This document shows positions 58,003 to 64,000 of a stretch of 64,000 bases of DNA, piece by piece. Position 1 is the first letter of the stretch. Each line of letters opens with the position of its first letter. Source of the stretch: Patescibacteria group bacterium (GTDB lineage: Bacteria > Patescibacteriota > Minisyncoccia > Phycocordibacterales > PALSA-1337); assembly GCA_040387635.1 (NCBI GenBank), contig JAZKDJ010000001.1, forward strand, positions 311,453 through 375,452, read 5' to 3'. Position numbers and translations under genes: made by a program. A model generated the notes under the pieces. The model did not search any database, had not been told where the DNA came from, and saw only the letters and a program-made list of their open reading frames with translations.

Positions 58003-58716
58003 CTATTTTCCTCTCCATTCTTCGATCAAAGCCTCTTCCTCTGCACTATTGAAAACTTTCTTGAAACGAGCACCTGCAGTACCCTTCACTCTCTTTTCGC
58101 ATTCCGCCCATGTAGCATGAGTCATCGTCTTGCCTCCAACCGAACTTACATAAGAGTATGCCTTTTCGGAGCTTCTGCTTTTTTTCTTCTTTGCCACTGT
58201 GCTTCCCTTCTCGACAGTTACACGACTCAAGTCGATGTCGTATTCAGCACGCGTACCGTTATACAGAGTGATGTTTTCTTTGTCCGCCAAAGACGTTGCG
58301 ATCTCGTCGCATCGCTCGTTTCCAGGAAGTCCCGCATGTCCCGAGAGTCGTACCCATGTAATATTCAAACCTTGGATAAGTTCGTCTATCGCTTCCCACA
58401 AGTCACGATGTTCCACAGGCTGTTTGGTCGAAGTAATCCATTCGCTCCTCTTCCAGCCATGAATCCAAGATGTTATTCCATTGATTACATATGCAGAGTC
58501 TGAGTAGACGGTCACATTGCTTCCAGTCTGTTTCACAGTATGTATACGAGCAAGCGCTTGGTACACAGCCTTAAGTTCCATACGATTGTTGGTCGTATTG
58601 TTTTCCCTGCCACCAAGCTCCATAACGTTATTATCAGAAGCAATTATAGCTGCCCATCCTCCTGGACCAGGGTTTCCCCGCGCCGATCCATCAGTGAAGA
58701 CTACGATGTTATTCAT
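58003..58716 (-). CDS. rnhA: ribonuclease HI with a C-terminal hybrid-binding (Cauli_VI-like) domain
   Basis: N-terminal RNase H fold (VFTDGSARGNPGPGGWAA, ELKAV, YSDSAYV, HAG..GNERCD). C-terminal YSYVSSVGGKTMTHATWAECEKRVKGTAGARFKKVFNSAEEEALIEEW matches the hybrid-binding-domain consensus. Confidence 0.8.
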   Translation of the reverse strand: MNNIVVFTDGSARGNPGPGGWAAIIASDNNVMELGGRENNTTNNRMELKAVYQALARIHTVKQTGSNVTVYSDSAYVINGITSWIHGWKRSEWITSTKQPVEHRDLWEAIDELIQGLNITWVRLSGHAGLPGNERCDEIATSLADKENITLYNGTRAEYDIDLSRVTVEKGSTVAKKKKSRSSEKAYSYVSSVGGKTMTHATWAECEKRVKGTAGARFKKVFNSAEEEALIEEWRGK

Positions 58717-58800
58717 GTTGCTATACTAGCACATCTGATTTTTTTAGGCTTAAAAGACAGTAAAAAATTGAAAGGCTGTCTTTTTAAATAGAAAAAGACA

Positions 58801-60522
58801 CTAGTCGGCTTTGTCCGTTATATCCAAGAGACGAATCCGTAATTCAGTTACTCCTCTGAAGACACTCTTCTCAACATGACCTATAACTGTGCAGGATTTT
58901 CCTTTTTGTGGAACGAATGAGAAATCTTCGGGCTTAGCAAAGAATGCAATGGCAGATACAGGCACTCCCTTCGAATTCCTCGCTATTATTTTTAAATGTT
59001 CTTTTGTTTTTCCAAACTGCTCAACTGAAAGTGGCACAATTTCATGAAACATAAATATCGGTCGCGGATTCTCAACACCATAAGGCGCCAACTTTTCGAT
59101 GTGACTATACATTGTGCGGTTAACATCATCCAACGTAAGTAATGCATCCACTCGGACAACATCATCTTTGGTTACGTGAGACATTTTTGCTGCAGCATCA
59201 TTCAAATTTTCTGGAAGTTTGTGTACCGAATCTAGAGACACCGCGAAACCACCAGAAGCGGCATGTCCCCCGAACTGCAGGAAAGTGCCTTCGATCGCGT
59301 TTTTCATTATTTCGAGAACGCTTTGCATACCACCCGACCGACATGAACCCTTGAGCATCCCATCTCCGTCACGACCCCAAAGAAATACTGGGCGGCTGAA
59401 CTCTTCCGCACACGAGTTTGCTGCCAAGCCAAGGAGCGATGGACGCCATGTTGGGTTACCCATAACGATCACTTTTGGAAGCTCTCCAGGGTATCGAACA
59501 GACATCTCGTGTTTAACCTCCTTTACCAGCTGTGCAACAGCACCCTTCCGCTGGTTGTTAATCACGTCGAGATGTTCCACATATGTCCGTGCCTCAGCAT
59601 CGCTATCAGTAGAGAGCATCATGAAAGCATCCATAGGAACTCCCATTCGTGATGCAGCATTGATGCGCGGTCCAATTGAAAATCCTATATCCTCTTCGGT
59701 CAAATTAGTCTGTGAAACTCCAAGCTTGCGAAGAAGCGTCACAAGACCCGGACGCTTAGACTTTCGAAGAACAGTCAGTCCGTAATAACTGAAAACGCGG
59801 TTCTCGCCTCGAAGTGGAACCATGTCCGATAGAGTGGCGATACCCACCATGTCCAATAGCCACTTCTCCCACCCTGGAACAAGATTGAATTCCGGACGCT
59901 TGGCCATAGCTTGGATCACTTTGAAAATGACACCCGCTCCACAGAGCATCTTCTCAGGATAATTACAGTCTGATCTTTTGGGATTAACAATTGCATATGC
60001 ATCCGGCATGACGTCACCAGGCATATGGTGGTCAGTGATGATGACATCGATACCCAACTTCTTGGCATGTGCCACTGACTCAACATCCGCGATACCACAA
60101 TCTATCGTAATGACGAGACCAACTCCCTCTTCTTTAAATTTTGTAACCGCACCCTTATGTAGACCAAACCCCTCATTGTGACGATGAGGAATATAATTAT
60201 AGAAATTCGAGAATGAAATTTTCTTAAAAAAAGTATGAAGCGTCACTGCCGCCGGAATGCCGTCGGTGTCATAGTCGCTGTAGATCACCACCTTCTCACC
60301 CGTAGAAATAGCTTTGAGGATTCTCTCCACTGTTCGATCGAGGTCTTTGAGAAGATAAGGGTCGTGAGATCCCGTATCATACTGAGGAGTAATGAATGCA
60401 GATGCTTCTTCAGCAGTCGTAATACCTCTATTATAGAGAAGCCTCCTTACCACAGGATCGTGGTTGGAAAGGAGCTTCTCGACCTCAAGATCAAGTGGTT
60501 TGTGGAGAGTGTACTTTTTCAC
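58801..60522 (-). CDS. recJ: single-stranded-DNA-specific exonuclease RecJ
   Basis: DHH family motifs DYDTDG and ITDHH, plus a DHHA1-like C-terminal region. Confidence 0.85.
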   Translation of the reverse strand: MKKYTLHKPLDLEVEKLLSNHDPVVRRLLYNRGITTAEEASAFITPQYDTGSHDPYLLKDLDRTVERILKAISTGEKVVIYSDYDTDGIPAAVTLHTFFKKISFSNFYNYIPHRHNEGFGLHKGAVTKFKEEGVGLVITIDCGIADVESVAHAKKLGIDVIITDHHMPGDVMPDAYAIVNPKRSDCNYPEKMLCGAGVIFKVIQAMAKRPEFNLVPGWEKWLLDMVGIATLSDMVPLRGENRVFSYYGLTVLRKSKRPGLVTLLRKLGVSQTNLTEEDIGFSIGPRINAASRMGVPMDAFMMLSTDSDAEARTYVEHLDVINNQRKGAVAQLVKEVKHEMSVRYPGELPKVIVMGNPTWRPSLLGLAANSCAEEFSRPVFLWGRDGDGMLKGSCRSGGMQSVLEIMKNAIEGTFLQFGGHAASGGFAVSLDSVHKLPENLNDAAAKMSHVTKDDVVRVDALLTLDDVNRTMYSHIEKLAPYGVENPRPIFMFHEIVPLSVEQFGKTKEHLKIIARNSKGVPVSAIAFFAKPEDFSFVPQKGKSCTVIGHVEKSVFRGVTELRIRLLDITDKAD

Positions 60523-60595
60523 GACGAGATAAGATCAAACGTAGAGCTATTGTATCACGCACGATATACTATAATATAGACATAACAACAAACAC

Positions 60596-60958
60596 ATGGA
60601 CTCATGCATTTTCTGTAAAATCGTCAACAAAGAAATACCTGCGCACGTCATTTATGAAAATGACGAATATCTAGCATTCTTAGATATCCGCCCTGTTTCT
60701 CCTGGCCACGCTCTCGTTATTCCTAAGAAGCACCATCGATGGGTGTGGGATGTTCAGCCTATTGGTCCCTACTTTGAAATCGCTCAGAAGATCGCATTGG
60801 CAATAAAAAAAGCATTCGGTGTTGAATGCGTTATTGGCAAAATGGTTGGCGAAGAAGTTCCTCATGCTCATATTTGGGTATATTCATCACCTGAAGAAGC
60901 AAAAGGCGACAAGAATGCATTTGAAGAAAATGCTCAAAAAATAATTTCGGCTCTCTAA
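60596..60958 (+). CDS. HIT family hydrolase
   Basis: CIFCKI N-terminus and histidine triad HAHIWV. Confidence 0.85.
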   Translation: MDSCIFCKIVNKEIPAHVIYENDEYLAFLDIRPVSPGHALVIPKKHHRWVWDVQPIGPYFEIAQKIALAIKKAFGVECVIGKMVGEEVPHAHIWVYSSPEEAKGDKNAFEENAQKIISAL

Positions 60959-60971
60959 AGCTAGTTCTCAG

Positions 60972-62111
60972 TTAGTTCTCCCTCTCCAACGCCTCAATAC
61001 CGGGCAGTGTCTCATTCGCAAGAAAATCTAGCATAGCTCCTCCACCAGTAGATACGAAGCTGAACTTGTCTTCGATTCCCAATTCAGCAATAGCTGCAAG
61101 TGTGTCTCCACCTCCGATTATAGACTTAGCACCATTCTTCGTTGTCGCTTCTGCAATTACAGCAGCGAGATCAAGAGTGTACTTCTTGTAGCCTTGTTCA
61201 TAGCCACCCAGAGGTCCATTCCACAAAATAGTCTTTGCGTTCATTGCGGCCTCTTTGATCAATTCAACCGTCTTTGGTCCAGCATCAAGCAAAAGTCCAT
61301 CAGTACCAATCTCTGAAACGCTTTTGATTTCACCCTTGTCCCCCATCTTAGATGCCACAATTCCATCCACAGGAAGAAGTATCTTGGAGTTGCCAGAATA
61401 TTTCTTGAGATCAAAATCCTTTTCTGACGCAACTGACTTACCGATCTCCATACCTTGTTCCTTAAAAAAGTTATTAGCGAGCGCACCACCTACAAATACA
61501 GTATCTGCAATGTTTAAAAATTTCTCGATGAGTGGAAGCTTGGTTTCGAATTTCGCTCCACCGAGTACAAACAAGAACGGATGAGCCGGATTGAAAGCCT
61601 CGCGTAGCGCTTTTACTTCTCGCTCAAATACGATACCTGCATATGACGGTAAGAATTCTGTTATAGCTGACACTGAAGCATGAGCTCGATGAGATACAGG
61701 GAAAGCCTCGTTTACATAAATATCTCCAAGCGTAGCAAGCTCCTTAGCAAACTTTGTATCATTCTTCTTTTCACCTTCATTATGGCGAAGGTTCTCAAGA
61801 AGGATTATTTCGCCTGGCTGAAGCGCTTCAACAGCTGCAAAGGCATTGCGGTAGTTTTTTACAAAAGTAACTTTAATGCCCATCTTCTGCATATGCAGAG
61901 CCACAGGTTCAAGTGTTGAATCTCCATCAGATTCCAAGTGACTAATTAGAACAATTCTTGCTCCGCCCTTTTGGAGAACAGTGAGTGTCTCCATGCTCTT
62001 TCTTATCCTAAAATCATCAAGAACCCTACCATTCCTTACAGGTACATTGAGATCCAGTCGGACCAGCACTCGCGTTCCCTGCAGATGCCCAATGTCCCGA
62101 AGAAATTTCAT
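60972..62111 (-). CDS. pgk: phosphoglycerate kinase
   Basis: C-terminal GGGDTLAA...STGGGAMLDFL motifs. Confidence 0.9.
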   Translation of the reverse strand: MKFLRDIGHLQGTRVLVRLDLNVPVRNGRVLDDFRIRKSMETLTVLQKGGARIVLISHLESDGDSTLEPVALHMQKMGIKVTFVKNYRNAFAAVEALQPGEIILLENLRHNEGEKKNDTKFAKELATLGDIYVNEAFPVSHRAHASVSAITEFLPSYAGIVFEREVKALREAFNPAHPFLFVLGGAKFETKLPLIEKFLNIADTVFVGGALANNFFKEQGMEIGKSVASEKDFDLKKYSGNSKILLPVDGIVASKMGDKGEIKSVSEIGTDGLLLDAGPKTVELIKEAAMNAKTILWNGPLGGYEQGYKKYTLDLAAVIAEATTKNGAKSIIGGGDTLAAIAELGIEDKFSFVSTGGGAMLDFLANETLPGIEALEREN

Positions 62112-62125
62112 GATTTTATTTTAAG

Positions 62126-62893
62126 TTATTTTTGATCAACTGCCTTGAGTAGCTCGACAAATCCTGGTGGATTTACGCTTTCTCTTCCTACGAGCAATCC
62201 TTGTACCTGTCCCTGAACAATGATGTCCTTGGCATTCCTAAAGTTAACTGAACCTCCGTACAAGATTGGTACAGACATTACTTCTGACTGACCATACATA
62301 TCAGATAGGATTTTTCTTACGAAGATTCCCATTTCCTGAACAAGCTGTGGGGTCATAGCTTCCTTAGCTCCAATTGCCCATACTGGCTCATAAGCAAGAA
62401 CAAGCTGCTTAGTATGTTTTCTTTGTACACCTTCCAAAGACGCCTTAATTTGCGCACGTAATGTATCCAAGTATGCTCCCTGAGCATCCCGAACCTCTTC
62501 ACCAACACACACAACAGCCGTTAGACCGGCTCGTAGAACAGCTTTAGTCTTGTCAGCTACGTTCTGGTCAGTTTCTCCTTTCTTCCTTCGCTCAGAATGA
62601 CCAACAATTACGTACTTGAGTCCCATATTCTTTAGCATTTCAGCGCTAACTTCACCTGTATATGATCCTTGTGGCTCAGTAAAGACATCCTGCGCTCCTA
62701 CTGACATTCTCTCACTCTTTCCAAGAGCCATGCTTATAAAAGGAAAAGGCGGGCAAACAACGACTTCGGCTCGGGTAAGTTTTGCTGAGGCCTTCCTCGT
62801 AGATTGAATAATACGCTTAGCCTCATCAACAGTCAGGGGGTTCATCTTCCAATTTCCAATAACAAGCAATTTCGTGGCGCGTGGTCGTGGCAT
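62126..62893 (-). CDS. tpiA: triosephosphate isomerase
   Basis: GNWKMN, VGHSERR and AYEPVWAIG. Confidence 0.9.
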   Translation of the reverse strand: MPRPRATKLLVIGNWKMNPLTVDEAKRIIQSTRKASAKLTRAEVVVCPPFPFISMALGKSERMSVGAQDVFTEPQGSYTGEVSAEMLKNMGLKYVIVGHSERRKKGETDQNVADKTKAVLRAGLTAVVCVGEEVRDAQGAYLDTLRAQIKASLEGVQRKHTKQLVLAYEPVWAIGAKEAMTPQLVQEMGIFVRKILSDMYGQSEVMSVPILYGGSVNFRNAKDIIVQGQVQGLLVGRESVNPPGFVELLKAVDQK

Positions 62894-62927
62894 ATCTATT
62901 TAATTATTATTGAACACAGTATATCAC

Positions 62928-63956
62928 TTACCTAATCTCCTCCCAAGATATGACGGTATATTGATCAGATGTCAAAGGAAAGCTTGGTGGTGGACCATAC
63001 AATAGATAGCCATCATAGACGATGTCGCGAACGTCATATCCAGTACCGTCTGTATATGAGAAGCCGTAACGCTTTGCGCTCGCAAGCATTCCATAGAGCA
63101 TGACGTAGTTTCGATTGGCGTTTGCACCGCAGTTTGTCTCATAGTAATACCTTCCAATTCGGCCGTTCTGCGAAATAATTGCTGCGTCAATTCTAATATC
63201 GTTAGGACTATTCATTCCCACATTGAGGTTATCTTGTGCCAAAAGACCTATAACATCCCTTCCATCGTAATTAGTATAGAGAAGGTCGGCATTTACAGTT
63301 ATGCTTTTTCTAGTGGCCGCGCTATCAGGAAATTTTCCAGCCACTATGCTGATTTTCGCAGTATTGATGGTTCCATCTACCCAAATATGATCCTCAAAAA
63401 ATATGACGCCACTTGTTGGAAATGAATAATTCTGAAGGAATGTTTCCGTGTTGATACTCCATGTTCCCCAACCTGCCTGGTTAAGCTCGTTGCCACACTT
63501 ATTGTTTCCAACCAACAGTGTGTTAACTCTATAAAGATCGAATGTGTCATCTGTCTTTAACACTACATGATAGCCTTGAGCACCAGAGGCTGCGAAATAT
63601 CTACTATCTGCCTGTGCGATAGCTTTCATATGTGACATATCTGAAGTTAAGCCAGTAAAATCAAATGCCGGCGCAGGAAACAATCGTCCCGCCATGAAAA
63701 CATCTGGTCTATCTGGAATAGCGGCAGGAGGACTTGGATCATCGTCATCAACGGTAGTATAAACTCCAAAGCGCCATGCTGTGCCGTTTTCTGTATCAAT
63801 AAATTTATCTTTTGTGCTCGATATGAGATTGTGTGCGAGTCCATCAAAACGAACTCCATCGTTGGAATGAACAGGACCGAAGACTTCAGTTCCCTCACCG
63901 AATCGCAAGAAGTCATTCGAAACAACAGCGTACTTAGCAAGCGACTGAATAGCCAA
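62928..63956 (-). CDS. hypothetical protein, probably a secreted/surface protein. The window ends 44 nt beyond the annotated start, so the N-terminus may be incomplete.
   Basis: 342-aa ORF, Gly/Asn/Thr/Tyr-rich and beta-rich by composition. Confidence 0.45.
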   Translation of the reverse strand: MAIQSLAKYAVVSNDFLRFGEGTEVFGPVHSNDGVRFDGLAHNLISSTKDKFIDTENGTAWRFGVYTTVDDDDPSPPAAIPDRPDVFMAGRLFPAPAFDFTGLTSDMSHMKAIAQADSRYFAASGAQGYHVVLKTDDTFDLYRVNTLLVGNNKCGNELNQAGWGTWSINTETFLQNYSFPTSGVIFFEDHIWVDGTINTAKISIVAGKFPDSAATRKSITVNADLLYTNYDGRDVIGLLAQDNLNVGMNSPNDIRIDAAIISQNGRIGRYYYETNCGANANRNYVMLYGMLASAKRYGFSYTDGTGYDVRDIVYDGYLLYGPPPSFPLTSDQYTVISWEEIR

Positions 63957-64000
63957 TGTTGCACGGATAGTTCGTTTTACCTCTGGATCACTCGCAACAC

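Overview
The window is a 64-kb bacterial chromosomal segment, AT-leaning and, by my estimate, in the low-to-mid 40s %GC. Coding density is high and almost every gene is followed by a recognisable rho-independent terminator. Ribosomal protein L30 is absent, S14 is the short zinc-binding type, several ribosomal proteins carry low-complexity extensions, and there are giant secreted Thr/Gly-rich surface proteins. Together these suggest a reduced-genome Candidate Phyla Radiation / Patescibacteria-type organism, though this is an inference.

The window has three sectors:

1. Positions 1-9.1 kb, plus strand: an exopolysaccharide locus. It holds a secreted protein with an internally duplicated domain, two CE4 (NodB) polysaccharide deacetylases carrying carbohydrate-binding domains, a UDP-sugar 6-dehydrogenase, and a HasA/NodC/chitin-synthase-class processive GT2 synthase (GDDRxLT and QxxRW motifs). 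This resembles a hasA-hasB-like arrangement.

2. Positions 9-25 kb: mixed housekeeping and accessory genes.
   - Housekeeping: a DUF2975-like membrane protein paired with an XRE helix-turn-helix regulator, a cupin, pterin-4a-carbinolamine dehydratase, a cold-shock protein, a PIF1/RecD helicase, a phospholipase-D-family protein, the infC-rpmI-rplT operon (infC starts with TTG), a beta-CASP RNase and ndk.
   - Unusual: a three-gene module made of a soluble 925-aa VirD4/VirB4-like P-loop ATPase, a 424-aa coiled-coil protein and a 97-aa protein. It sits where the alpha operon would normally follow map.

3. Positions 25-53 kb, minus strand: the str-S10-spc ribosomal superoperon, rpsL through map. 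It is interrupted three times by co-oriented non-ribosomal gene blocks:
   - a GC-richer P-loop protein between rpsG and fusA;
   - two 700-aa secreted cell-wall proteins between fusA and tuf;
   - a secreted PKD/Ig protein, a TerC-like membrane protein and a GC-richer hypothetical between rplE and rpsN.
   Each block has its own terminators. A 245-nt GC-rich structured non-coding element with a strong terminator lies upstream of rpsL.

The remaining 11 kb encodes an M50 protease, L28, a Nudix protein, a comEC apparently split by an antisense sodA, RNase HI with a C-terminal hybrid-binding domain, recJ, a HIT protein, pgk and tpiA.

I found no CRISPR array, rRNA, integrase or transposase. Only one degenerate tRNA-like 3' segment is present, at the left edge.
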